From NCBI GenBank assembly GCA_050288305.1, contig JBNKDO010000059.1, forward strand, positions 10,747 through 74,746: a stretch of DNA of 64,000 bases, written 5' to 3'. This document shows positions 48,431 through 57,819 of this stretch, in pieces (the first letter of the stretch is position 1; each line of letters starts with the position of its first letter). The DNA is from Desulfocapsaceae bacterium (GTDB lineage Bacteria > Desulfobacterota > Desulfobulbia > Desulfobulbales > Desulfocapsaceae). A model generated the notes under the pieces. The model was given only the letters and a program-made list of their open reading frames with translations. It did no database searches and was not told the origin of the DNA. The translations under genes and the position numbers were made by a program.

Positions 48431-49027
48431 GACATTCCTCCTTAACCAAAAACGGCTGATAAAAACGTATTGCATATATTCAACACACTTGTCGATTGAT
48501 CGTCGTCAATTTGTCGCCGGGAACAGGTAATTATCCAGAAGGCCGTCTGGTGGCATCCCGTAAGTGTTTCGCTCATATTCTGATGCTCTCTCAAAGCCGT
48601 TTAATAGTTTTAATATTAGATAGATAGGATGGATAGTTAGTGCAAGCTGTTAGTGTTGACTCTCCGCATAATAGCACATTTTAGGTGTTCTAATCAAATT
48701 GGGCACACACATTTGAGGTTGTCGGTCTTATTGTTCCCAATGAGGTTAGAGTTGGTTATGCAACTATCTGGACTTTTGTCACAAAAACCAGCAGGCCTTT
48801 CTTGGTAAATTATGAAAGAATCGGGATTTTGGCTATCTGACATCTGAATAAAAGAGGCCCCCTTGTTGTTCCAGAAGAATCCATCTACAGAGAAAAATCT
48901 GGTATTGGTCGGAGAGAGTGATGTTCTGACGACTATGGCCCTATATATACTAGTGAAAGCATCACTCTGAAAGAGGTGCTGTGTACTGTGTGATAAAAAT
49001 TGTTTCCGGATATTACAATTTTTCATA

Positions 49028-49069
49028 TTGACATTTTAGACTCAAGTGTAATATTAGACCCCAGTCTAA
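49028..49069 (+). promoter_or_regulatory. Candidate promoter and TetR operator
   Basis: TTGACA at 49028, TAATAT at 49049 (15-nt spacer, suboptimal), and an inverted repeat TTAGACT-N20-AGTCTAA with a third TTAGAC inside. Confidence 0.4.
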
Positions 49070-49088
49070 TTATATAGCAAGGGAGATT

Positions 49089-49700
49089 ATGGGACAGAAA
49101 AAAGGATTACGACAAAAAAAGAATATCCAAGTAAAGGATGCTCTTTACAATGCCGCCATACAACTCTTTCAGCAGCAAGGTTTTGATGCGACGACAGTGG
49201 ATCAGATTGCCCTGAAAGCAGGATACAGCCGTGCCACCTTTTTTAACCATTTCGGCAACAAACAGGGGGTTCTGCGGCACTACGGCCAGGAATTACGGAT
49301 CATCGTCGAAGAGCTTGTAGCACAGGCAAGTCCTGGAACCTCTTCGCTGGATTTGATTCAGCAGGTTCTAATGTCGATGATCAAGGAAGCCACGGACCAC
49401 CTTGAAGAAGTAAGGCTTATCTCTACCTACAGCGTACTCGATCCATCATATATGACGAATCCAACTCCTTCTCGAAAGCGCATTTCTGAAATTCTCACCC
49501 AACTCGTATCACAGGCGCAACAGGAAGGCGAAATCAGAACGGATCTGACCGCAGAAAATTTATCTCTCCATATATTCCTGTTGTATCAAGGAGTGGTCTT
49601 TGCCCTGGTAGTCATGGGTACTGGCAATGCCAACTCTTTGATACATTCAATGTGGCAGTTCATCTTAGGAGGAGTGCAAGGTGACGATCCTGCAGCTTGA
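49089..49700 (+). CDS. TetR family transcriptional regulator
   Basis: AAIQLFQQQGFDATTVDQIALKAGYSRATFFNHF is the TetR HTH signature. Confidence 0.85.
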   Translation: MGQKKGLRQKKNIQVKDALYNAAIQLFQQQGFDATTVDQIALKAGYSRATFFNHFGNKQGVLRHYGQELRIIVEELVAQASPGTSSLDLIQQVLMSMIKEATDHLEEVRLISTYSVLDPSYMTNPTPSRKRISEILTQLVSQAQQEGEIRTDLTAENLSLHIFLLYQGVVFALVVMGTGNANSLIHSMWQFILGGVQGDDPAA

Positions 49701-52074
49701 TGCAACTACACCTATGGACAACCTGGCAGTCGGCGGTAAGAGTGCAGGGTTGATTCGACTGGTTCGGCTTGGGATACCTGTCCCAAAAGCCATAATATTA
49801 ACAGCGGCATACTATTCGGCTCAGGCAAGACGGTGCGGTTTGATTGAAAAAATACGCCCATCGCTGGAAAAATCGGACTGGATGAGAGTCGAAAAAATTG
49901 CTCGGAAGACATTTTTTTCTGAACCGTTGAATGACGAACTATCTGAATTCCTTTTGTGTTCCTACCGAAAAATGAATGCACCTGCTGTCGCTGTTCGCTC
50001 CTCTGCGACCTGTGAGGATCAGAAAGAGGCATCTGCGGCAGGCCAGTATGACACTTTTCTTAACATTGGCAATGGAAAAGATCTATTACATGCTGTTCGT
50101 CAATGTTGGGCCTCATTATGGAACCATAGAGCACTGATCTATCGCCATCGTTTGGGAATCGATCATTTTTCCGTTGAAATGGCCGTGATTATACAGGAGA
50201 TGGTTCCCGCCGACGTTTCGGGTGTTCTTTTTACAGTCGATCCGTTGGCCCATGATCAATCAAAGATGCGACTTGAAGTTATTACCGGGCTGGGGGATGC
50301 GCTCGTTTCGGGAACCAGGGACAGCAAAACCCTTCTTGTGGATCGCAAAGCTCAGGGAAAAACTATGCCGACTCTTCCAGGACTCCTGGACAGAGAACAG
50401 GTGGCTGAACTGTATTCCATGGGACTATCGATCGAGAACGCTCTCAATGGAGCTCAGGATATCGAGTTTTGTCTTGCGAACAGGAAGATTTTTCTTCTGC
50501 AGACCCGACCGATGACCGCCTTGACCAGACCAACCGTTGAAGCTATCGAGCCGCTGGGCAAGCCGTCTTTTTTGGACAAGATGATCAAGCCCTTTGCCGA
50601 CGAGAGGTATGTAGTGGCCCCTCAGCCTCTTGACAACATCGTAGTCCGCCTCTTGATCGGCGGCCATCTGTATGCAATAAAAGAGTGTGGGGCCAAAGTA
50701 AAAGCCGAAGACGAAGACGCAGTAAAGTCTCAAATCTGGAGACAGGCTTATCGGATGCCGCCTATACACCATCTCTGGATGATGTTTTTCCAGAGCATGC
50801 CACTTCTCTACCGGCAATTGAATACGGATTGGTTGACGTGGTGGAACACCGGCCCAGAAATTGAATTGAGAGCTGTGTCGGAATCTGAGAACCTTGCCCT
50901 TCTACAGGATCAGGAACTCTTCTCCCGGGCAGATTCCATTCTCTCCACCTGGGAGCGACATTTAAACATAAGAATGAGCGCCGCTGGCGGTATTAGGTGG
51001 GAATTCCTGCTGAAATCCATAGTGTTCCTCGCAGTGGGCCCCAAGAAGCATCGGCAGGTCTTGGCTGATCTGATGGCTGGAATTCAGACACCAACAGTAA
51101 CTATGAACGAAGATCTCTGGCAGCTTTCCTGCCTCGCCCGTCAAGATTCGACTGTCTTGGCGTGTGTGCAACGAATGGAACCGGACCGTCTGCAAGAATC
51201 TGAAGAAGGTCGAAGATTTGCTGAGTCTTTCGACAAATTTATAGAAAAATATGGCCATCGGGAAGGAGCTTGCTGGTATTTGACAACTCCTACCTGGCGA
51301 CATGACCGCGACCAGGTTTGGAGAATTCTCGCAAGCTTGGCAGGGAGTGATGTGCGGACAGGAAAACTAACGCATGCCCGTATTCGCCGCATGTCTGCTT
51401 TTGCCTTGGTGGAAAAACGGTTGCACGTTATTCCATGTTTGCCCAAGGTTTTTCGATGGTTGAGGTTTCATCTTTATCGGATGAATGTATTCCGTGAGAA
51501 GAGCCACTATGACCTCACCCGCCCACTGGATACGCTTCAGAATTTTGCTAAAGAATGGGCTCGCAGGCTTTTAGACCGTGGTGTCCTGGAGCACGAAAGC
51601 GATATAGGCTTTCTTACCTACAATGAGGTTCGAAAATGGCTATGCGAAAGTCCTCCGGCACCAGCCGATGCCAAGAGATTGATTGCAACACGTCGTGCAA
51701 CCTACCAACTGGTCAATACTGCCTGGCAATCTGAAAGAGAAGGAAAGCCTTGCAGTGGTAAAAAACTCAAAGGTGTTGCGGCAAGTCCCGGAACTGTCAG
51801 GGGCAAGGTCAGGATGATCCATAGCGAACATGAGTTCGATAGGCTCCGTAAAGGAGAGGTGCTGGTAAGCCCCTATACAAATCCTGCCTGGACGCCGCTT
51901 TTTTCAGTGGCTGCGGCAGTGATCACCGAAACGGGAGGTGCAGCATCCCATGCTGCCATCGTGGCTCGTGAATACGGAATCCCGGCAGTCATGGCGATCC
52001 CCGGAGCAACACAAATCTTAATAGATGGACAGGACGTCCTGGTCGACGGCGGCAAAGGTCTTGTTTTTCAGTAA
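49681..52074 (+). CDS. PEP-utilising phosphotransferase with rifampin-phosphotransferase-like architecture
   Basis: N-terminal PPDK-type ATP-grasp (GGKSAGL..., VAVRSSATCEDQ, IIQEMV, QDIEF...LLQTRP). A central region of about 400 aa is unassigned. The C-terminus is a swivel His domain (ITETGGAASHAAIVAREYGIPAV) and there is no PEP/pyruvate TIM barrel. The GTG start has an AGGAGG 8 nt upstream and overlaps tetR by 20 nt. Confidence 0.85.
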   Translation: MTILQLDATTPMDNLAVGGKSAGLIRLVRLGIPVPKAIILTAAYYSAQARRCGLIEKIRPSLEKSDWMRVEKIARKTFFSEPLNDELSEFLLCSYRKMNAPAVAVRSSATCEDQKEASAAGQYDTFLNIGNGKDLLHAVRQCWASLWNHRALIYRHRLGIDHFSVEMAVIIQEMVPADVSGVLFTVDPLAHDQSKMRLEVITGLGDALVSGTRDSKTLLVDRKAQGKTMPTLPGLLDREQVAELYSMGLSIENALNGAQDIEFCLANRKIFLLQTRPMTALTRPTVEAIEPLGKPSFLDKMIKPFADERYVVAPQPLDNIVVRLLIGGHLYAIKECGAKVKAEDEDAVKSQIWRQAYRMPPIHHLWMMFFQSMPLLYRQLNTDWLTWWNTGPEIELRAVSESENLALLQDQELFSRADSILSTWERHLNIRMSAAGGIRWEFLLKSIVFLAVGPKKHRQVLADLMAGIQTPTVTMNEDLWQLSCLARQDSTVLACVQRMEPDRLQESEEGRRFAESFDKFIEKYGHREGACWYLTTPTWRHDRDQVWRILASLAGSDVRTGKLTHARIRRMSAFALVEKRLHVIPCLPKVFRWLRFHLYRMNVFREKSHYDLTRPLDTLQNFAKEWARRLLDRGVLEHESDIGFLTYNEVRKWLCESPPAPADAKRLIATRRATYQLVNTAWQSEREGKPCSGKKLKGVAASPGTVRGKVRMIHSEHEFDRLRKGEVLVSPYTNPAWTPLFSVAAAVITETGGAASHAAIVAREYGIPAVMAIPGATQILIDGQDVLVDGGKGLVFQ

Positions 52075-52110
52075 TTTTTTCTACAACCTCTTCGAAAAGG
52101 CGAAAATACC

Positions 52111-53280
52111 ATGATCGAAAAAGCATTCAAGGGCAATCGTGCCTATTGGCTATGGATAATTTTTCTGTCCGTCGTTATTACTGTCGCGGGCATATGTTAT
52201 TTGCGGCAGTACGTTTTCGGACTGGGCCTGACCGGTATGGGCCGCGATCTATCATGGGGTTTGTATATCTCGCAATTTACCTTCCTGGTGGGGATAGCAG
52301 CCGGTGGGCTTATGCTGGTTCTTCCCTACTATATCCATGACTTCAAGGCCTTTGGAAAAATTACCATCCTCGGTGAGTTTCTCGCCATAGCCTCAATCGT
52401 CATGTGTGGAATGTTCATCATGGTAGATCTCGGCCAGCCTCTCCGCGGACTCAATCTCTTCCTCCATCCCACACCTGGTTCCATGCTTTTCTGGGATGCC
52501 ATGGTCCTGATTGGTTACCTGATACTGAATATTATCTGCGCTTGGGTAATTCTTACCTCCGAACGGAAACAGGTGCAGCCCCCGAAGTGGATCTATTTTT
52601 TCATCTATCTCTCAATACCATTTGCCGTCTCGATTCACACCGTCACCGCTATGCTTTATTGTGGCCTCCCCGGTCGCCATTTCTGGCTCTCGGCGATTAC
52701 CGCTCCCCGTTTTCTTGCTTCCGCCTTCGCGGCCGGTCCAGCCTTGATAGTCATCGCCTGTCTGATCATGAAAAAGCTTACCAAATTCGATGCCGGGAAC
52801 AAGGCAATAGGCAAACTCATTACTATCATTATCTACGCGGCTCTTATAAATGCATTTTTTGTCCTCCTTGAATTCTTTGTTTCCTATTATTCAAATGTTC
52901 CAAGCCATAAGCATACACTCGAATACCTTTTTTTTGGTTTCAAACATAACGCTCAGCTCTACAACAACCTGGTGCCATTTACATGGAGTTCTGTTGTCCT
53001 CTGTTTTGGAGGTATCACTCTTCTCGCCTCTCTCAGGATAGCGAAGATTTCAACGGACGTGACGACGGCAATCGGGTGTGCAATGATCTTTGTCTCTCTC
53101 TGGCTGGATAAGGGACTTGGATTTGTTTTAGGGGGGCTTGCTATTAATCCGCTAAATGAGATTATTGAGTATTACCCAACCGCCAATGAAATCGCTATTA
53201 CTCTTGGAATATGGTCAGCTGGGTGTTTGCTTGTTACCCTGCTTTATAAAATCGCCCTGACTGTCGAGCTGGAATCGTAA
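52111..53280 (+). CDS. NrfD/PsrC-family integral membrane protein
   Basis: About ten hydrophobic segments. The N-terminal WLWIIFL...DLSWGLYISQFTFLVGIAAG pattern resembles the NrfD/DsrP/HmcC family. Confidence 0.75.
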   Translation: MIEKAFKGNRAYWLWIIFLSVVITVAGICYLRQYVFGLGLTGMGRDLSWGLYISQFTFLVGIAAGGLMLVLPYYIHDFKAFGKITILGEFLAIASIVMCGMFIMVDLGQPLRGLNLFLHPTPGSMLFWDAMVLIGYLILNIICAWVILTSERKQVQPPKWIYFFIYLSIPFAVSIHTVTAMLYCGLPGRHFWLSAITAPRFLASAFAAGPALIVIACLIMKKLTKFDAGNKAIGKLITIIIYAALINAFFVLLEFFVSYYSNVPSHKHTLEYLFFGFKHNAQLYNNLVPFTWSSVVLCFGGITLLASLRIAKISTDVTTAIGCAMIFVSLWLDKGLGFVLGGLAINPLNEIIEYYPTANEIAITLGIWSAGCLLVTLLYKIALTVELES

Positions 53281-53301
53281 AGATCACTTTTTCACATATA
53301 A

Positions 53302-53484
53302 CATCTATACGCCACCGATTTGAGGAAAAATCCTGGTAACGGATACTCTCTTTTCGGCCTGGCCGAGGCATTGGTCATGCAGGGAAAAACCGAGGATGCG
53401 GAAGGGGTCGAGAAACGCTTTGCCAAGTCTTGGGTGGACGCCGCACATCAGCTCGCCTCTTCACGTTTTGACAAAACCCTTTAA
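53302..53484 (+). pseudogene. C-terminal remnant of a TPR-type protein
   Basis: A frame open from 53302 reads HLYATDLRKNPGNGYSLFGLAEALVMQGKTEDAEGVEKRFAKSWVDAAHQLASSRFDKTL*. It looks like a final TPR plus tail, with no credible start or N-terminal part. Confidence 0.3.
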
Positions 53485-53788
53485 AATATTGTCAAAGATA
53501 ATACAGATACTTCCAAACATTGGCAACGAATGCCGCAACCAAAACAACAGATGAGTGAGGGGGAGCATTGTGTAATCCAAGATAAAAGGCGAAACCTTTG
53601 GGATGGAATGGAGCAAGGATTGACCAATGGATGTAAGTAATTTGATACAAAATATTTGAAATCACCTAAAAAGTAGAGTAAATCTGTTTTTTTTGCGAAT
53701 ACGCATTGGATCGACTTGAGGAAAATGTGTACTGGGGGATTTCTCTGGTCAATTTCCTTTTTTCTAACACAACAAAACCGAGGTCATT

Positions 53789-56560
53789 GTGCAAACACGT
53801 TCACAGTTTTTTTCAGAACCGATCCCCCTTTTCGTTCTCGCCCTTGTCATTGTCCTCCCCACCCTTTTGCCAACGGTCCTGTATGCAGCCTCACCTTTCG
53901 AAGAGGCGAACATTACTGTTACCACAGATGTTCGCGCCACAGCAGTGGAGCCTATCGGTGCCAATCTCACCAGTATAGCCGGCGGTACCAATTTTGCTGT
54001 CAACAATCATGTCTGGAACAGTGGTTTTGAACCCATGGTGCTGAGAAAATTTATTCGCATCAACCGCACCGGCAATGACTGGTTCGAGTGGGACCAGGAG
54101 GGTGGTCCTGGCTACTGGAACCTTGCCTGGACTGGGCTTTTCAATGGTGCCACCATCAGATTTTATCGGATCGTCGATGCTTCCGGCAACCCATTGAGCT
54201 ATGCAGGCAGCACAGATATGTCCCAGATCAACGGGGCAGATCATGTCATCTTCCTTGGAGAATCAACCATTCCTATGCCTGGAGGGAGCCATCCTGAAGG
54301 CGGCTATATTGCTAATGACGATCGTGACGGCAATAGTTCCAATGACATGGCCAGGGTCTATATTGCCGACAGCAACCTTGATCTTCGATTTGGCGATTAC
54401 GCCTATATTTACCTGAAGACAACATCCATTGGTCCGGAAACAAGCCCACCCGACCTGCGCCAGCATCACAGCGGGCTTAAATCGTTTTTCAACGCGACTT
54501 CAGGCGAATGGCAACCAGCCCTGGTGGCTCATCCCGAGCCATTGCCTCAATCCTTCACGGATCCAGGAGAAACCTGCCTTGAAGTAACTCTTCCGCAAAC
54601 TGGTCTGGTACGACTTGGCCAGTACGTCTATCACCCCTTTGACCAAGGAGAGGGACAGTGGTACAGTCAGCTGCATCCAGGTGCGTCCTACCGCGTCTCT
54701 GTCTGGCTGCGTCAGGAAGGACTCGGCGACAACGGGCGGGCACGGTTCACTTTCAGTGGTGCCTACAATTCGGTAAGCCAGCAGGACTATTGGACAGTCA
54801 CAGATCAATGGCAACACTTCAGCTATGATTTTGTTGCCCCTGATTATCCGACCAGCGGTTCGCATATCGCGCACAGGCTTGAATTCACCGGACCAGGCAA
54901 GGTCTGGATCGATAACTTTGTGCTTTATCGTAACGATCAGCAACATCAATTCAGACCTTTTACTCCTCACCAGGTTAGTTTTGACGAAATGATGGATTCG
55001 GTACCGCAAACTGGCATGAAACCGGCTATGCGCTTTTACGGCACTATCTTTCATCCTTCTTCAATAAGTGCCATGTTTGGCGACTATGCTAATCCGGAAT
55101 ACAGGGTCGCCTGGAACAGTGGTGTCGGCAGCGCCCCTAAAACGACCATCGCTCAAGTCATGTACTGGGCCTACATGACCGGTAGTAGTCCTGCAACCAG
55201 GATGGTCCCGTTTCTGACCTGCAATGAGGAGTATACCGAGGACGAGTGGAAGGCACTGGTTGAATACCTTGGTGTACCTTATGATCCGGCCACAGACACG
55301 CCGCAAACAAAACCCTATGCCTACCTGCGATACAAATATCGGGGAAATAACGGCAGACCATGGACTGAAGAGTTTCGTGAAATCATTGTAGAGTACGGCA
55401 ATGAGACCTGGCACAACGGTGCTGGCGGCTATGGCTGGCATGGCTGGGGCCGGCCCGGGTACGTCCATAAGGGTGGCGTTGAGTATGGTCTTTTTGCCCG
55501 ATATATGATCGACGAACAGGTCAGAGAGATGCCTGAGTGGGCCAGCTACAATCTCGGAAGCAAGATCAAGTTCTCACTTGGCGGCAACTATTCTGCCACT
55601 TCCAGTTCCTATGTCGAATCAGCGCTGCAACAGGGAGGCACCGTCAGCTACGCCGGCCACGCCAACTATGTTGGTCCGAAATGGGAAACAAACGATCCGG
55701 GTACTTCGGTATTTGACGACCACGGCGTACAAATGACCCTGTTGGGCATGAGCACAAGTATGAAAACTCTCATCGAAAATGCAGCGGCAATGCGGGAACA
55801 GCTGAACGGCAGTGGCGATACGAATTACCAGATCGTCGCTTACGAGGGAGGCCCAAGCGGCTATTGGACGAATCAGGACAATCAGGAAATTGATGAACTT
55901 TATGGTAAATCGGTGGCCATGGGGGTTGCCGCCCTTGACGCCTGGCTGTATTCGAGTCTTAACGGTTATACTCATCAGGCCTACCTCGGTTTTTCCTCGG
56001 GGAAATGGTGGTCATCCCATACCTTGCCTGAAGCTGGGGGATATCGCCCGCACCCTGGCTGGCTGGCGCTGAAACTACGTAACCGCTATGCCAGCGGCAG
56101 GGAAATGATAAATACAATACATACGAGTGAACCTACCATCAGCTCAGATGGTGAGGATATTCCTCTTATTTCAAGTTACGCTCTCAGAGATTCCAACTCA
56201 ACATCGGTTTTCGTTCTCTCTCGTAAACTCGACGGCATCCATGACGGTATTAATTTTGGTGATGGTTACACGCCAGTGACACTTCATCTCCCCTTTGACA
56301 GGGTAAACAGCATCACCAGATATAGACTTGAGGCACCCGACGGCACTCCGGTGGACCCTCGCAATAGCAATCGATTCTCCGAGGAAGTGGTCATTGGCAG
56401 CAAAGAAATCGATCCGGCTCTGTTCTCCAGGGATTTTATCATTAATGAAAATACCGGGGGAGAAGCTGGCGGTATTCCGCCAGGCAGTATAAACCTCTAT
56501 GTCTTTAACGCCAGAACCGCCATCATCCCCACACCTTCCCTGCTTCTGCTCCTGCAGTGA
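53789..56560 (+). CDS. Large secreted protein with a carbohydrate-binding-like module plus a clan GH-A-like glycosidase domain
   Basis: Signal peptide (LFVLALVIVLPTLLPTVLYAASP). A CBM4/9-like segment (RVSVWLRQEG...WQHFSYDF...KVWIDNFVLYR). A VEYGNETWHNG acid/base-like motif and a later VAYEGGPSGYW. The GTG start has a GAGG upstream. Confidence 0.7.
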   Translation: MQTRSQFFSEPIPLFVLALVIVLPTLLPTVLYAASPFEEANITVTTDVRATAVEPIGANLTSIAGGTNFAVNNHVWNSGFEPMVLRKFIRINRTGNDWFEWDQEGGPGYWNLAWTGLFNGATIRFYRIVDASGNPLSYAGSTDMSQINGADHVIFLGESTIPMPGGSHPEGGYIANDDRDGNSSNDMARVYIADSNLDLRFGDYAYIYLKTTSIGPETSPPDLRQHHSGLKSFFNATSGEWQPALVAHPEPLPQSFTDPGETCLEVTLPQTGLVRLGQYVYHPFDQGEGQWYSQLHPGASYRVSVWLRQEGLGDNGRARFTFSGAYNSVSQQDYWTVTDQWQHFSYDFVAPDYPTSGSHIAHRLEFTGPGKVWIDNFVLYRNDQQHQFRPFTPHQVSFDEMMDSVPQTGMKPAMRFYGTIFHPSSISAMFGDYANPEYRVAWNSGVGSAPKTTIAQVMYWAYMTGSSPATRMVPFLTCNEEYTEDEWKALVEYLGVPYDPATDTPQTKPYAYLRYKYRGNNGRPWTEEFREIIVEYGNETWHNGAGGYGWHGWGRPGYVHKGGVEYGLFARYMIDEQVREMPEWASYNLGSKIKFSLGGNYSATSSSYVESALQQGGTVSYAGHANYVGPKWETNDPGTSVFDDHGVQMTLLGMSTSMKTLIENAAAMREQLNGSGDTNYQIVAYEGGPSGYWTNQDNQEIDELYGKSVAMGVAALDAWLYSSLNGYTHQAYLGFSSGKWWSSHTLPEAGGYRPHPGWLALKLRNRYASGREMINTIHTSEPTISSDGEDIPLISSYALRDSNSTSVFVLSRKLDGIHDGINFGDGYTPVTLHLPFDRVNSITRYRLEAPDGTPVDPRNSNRFSEEVVIGSKEIDPALFSRDFIINENTGGEAGGIPPGSINLYVFNARTAIIPTPSLLLLLQ

Positions 56561-56695
56561 GCAGACGAGGTCCGCTTGAGCAAGCGAGTCGTTCGCATTT
56601 CCAGGCTAAGCCAAATCAAGCGGACAAAAACGTACAAGAATGAGGATACGGAGTAAAAGTAGATGAAGGAGGAAAATATCACTTAAGACTGCTCA

Positions 56696-56920
56696 TCACC
56701 TGGAGTCTTTTTTCTCATGTTTCTTTTTATCTGAGCGAAAAACGCTCTTTAAAAACCATCCCGATAAGACTCCAATGCCAAAGACAATGAACATTAACAG
56801 AGCCCGGGATATGCTCGCGGACCAAAAGAGAAACTGAATTTCAACAACAGCAACATTCTGGACGATAAAGAGAACAAGCAACCCAGCCAGAACGAGAACC
56901 AGCGATACCTTTGTATTCAT
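56696..56920 (-). CDS. LapA-domain (DUF1049) small membrane protein
   Basis: 74 aa with two TM segments (LVLVLAGLLVLFIVQN...LLMFIVFGIGVLSGWF) and a basic tail. Confidence 0.7.
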   Translation of the reverse strand: MNTKVSLVLVLAGLLVLFIVQNVAVVEIQFLFWSASISRALLMFIVFGIGVLSGWFLKSVFRSDKKKHEKKDSR

Positions 56921-57023
56921 GGAAATATCTCACGATTTGAATAGTGTTTTTCGGGAAACCACGACAAGACGAGGCAAAAAGACAGCTTCAATACGCCTTC
57001 CTTAAATGCTCCCTCCCCTCGCC

Positions 57024-57692
57024 CTATTTCATGGCAAACCGTTCGCTACAATGGTTGAGCCAAAATTCTCTAAATGATTTTTTATATTTGGGAAGTTTCG
57101 TCAGACTTCGCCATCGTGAAGTCTTATCGAACTGTTTAATTTCTTGGGCAGGTTTAAAAAACGAAATTGCATTCTCCACCGTGAGTACAAAAGGTGGCCG
57201 ATTGTTTACCAGGTTTATCCAGCTTGATACAATTGCCCCACTTCTATGATTGCCCTCTATATAGAGCTGAGGCTGGCCCACTATTGAAATAAATATTTCT
57301 GCGGCAATTTTAGTAGCTGATACCTGGTTTCTGGTCTTTTTACTATAGTATGAGCGTAGCGGTTTAACCTGCCTGGTGAATTTCTCTGCCGTTGCTGAAA
57401 TGGCTTTCCTGTACTCGCTTCTCAGAGTTGTATTCAGTCCGTAGTGTACTCTATTATTAATTTCTAGCATATCCGGCCCACCCCTTTTGGAAAGAAGGTC
57501 ATAGTCCTTTTTTTTAATAAAAAAATCGAGGTAATCCCAGGCGCAGATTAAATTGTCCATTAATCCCTGGTCAAATGGAGTATCCTTTCTGCCAATCTTA
57601 TTTTGATCTAAAAGATTGTCTATTTCTTCCCAGTGATTGAAAACATCCAGATATGCTTTTTCTATCTCTTTGATATTCGGCTTATAGGTCAT
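57024..57692 (-). CDS. Hypothetical protein with a cryptic, degenerate Fic-like core
   Basis: IAAEIFISIVGQPQLYIEGNHRSGAIVSSWINLVNNRPPFVL aligns by eye to ...IHPFxEGNGRxxR...L...G.PP..I, with His changed to Gln and the last Arg to Ala. Confidence 0.55.
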   Translation of the reverse strand: MTYKPNIKEIEKAYLDVFNHWEEIDNLLDQNKIGRKDTPFDQGLMDNLICAWDYLDFFIKKKDYDLLSKRGGPDMLEINNRVHYGLNTTLRSEYRKAISATAEKFTRQVKPLRSYYSKKTRNQVSATKIAAEIFISIVGQPQLYIEGNHRSGAIVSSWINLVNNRPPFVLTVENAISFFKPAQEIKQFDKTSRWRSLTKLPKYKKSFREFWLNHCSERFAMK

Positions 57693-57819
57693 ATGTTCAA
57701 GGCATTGTAGAAAAAGGCTATCTGGTTGTTTATTTATGACAAACAGAATGTAATATAATCAGTAATACTCACTTCTTGCAGAAATACACCATGTAATGGA
57801 GACATAGTTAACACCACTC

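Noticed and set aside
31261-49000. Calling the tRNA-flanked accessory stretch a genomic island or mobile element
   Set aside because: I found no integrase, transposase or recombinase in it. I also found no direct repeat of the tRNA 3' end; only a 6-nt TCCTCC match at about 35588. It is reported as a compositional and content observation only.
48694-49026. 110-aa minus-strand ORF divergent from tetR
   Set aside because: There is no Shine-Dalgarno sequence (upstream reads ttgagtctaaaatgtcaat). The ATG abuts the candidate tetR -35 box. There are no motifs. It may be real, but I cannot support it.
54500-55054. 184-aa minus-strand ORF, plus several other ORFs of 60-135 aa between 53.7 and 56.1 kb
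   Set aside because: All are nested in the 923-aa secreted-protein gene and have no motifs or start-site support.
56527-56560. C-terminal IIPTPSLLLLLQ as a decayed PEP-CTERM sorting signal
   Set aside because: There is no PEP tripeptide, the hydrophobic stretch is too short and there is no basic tail. Reading through the stop or shifting frame does not restore one.
56570-56625. 10-nt inverted repeat GTCCGCTTGA...TCAAGCGGAC after the glycosidase-like gene
   Set aside because: The loop is 36 nt and there is no T-run on either strand, so it is not a canonical terminator. It was left uncalled.
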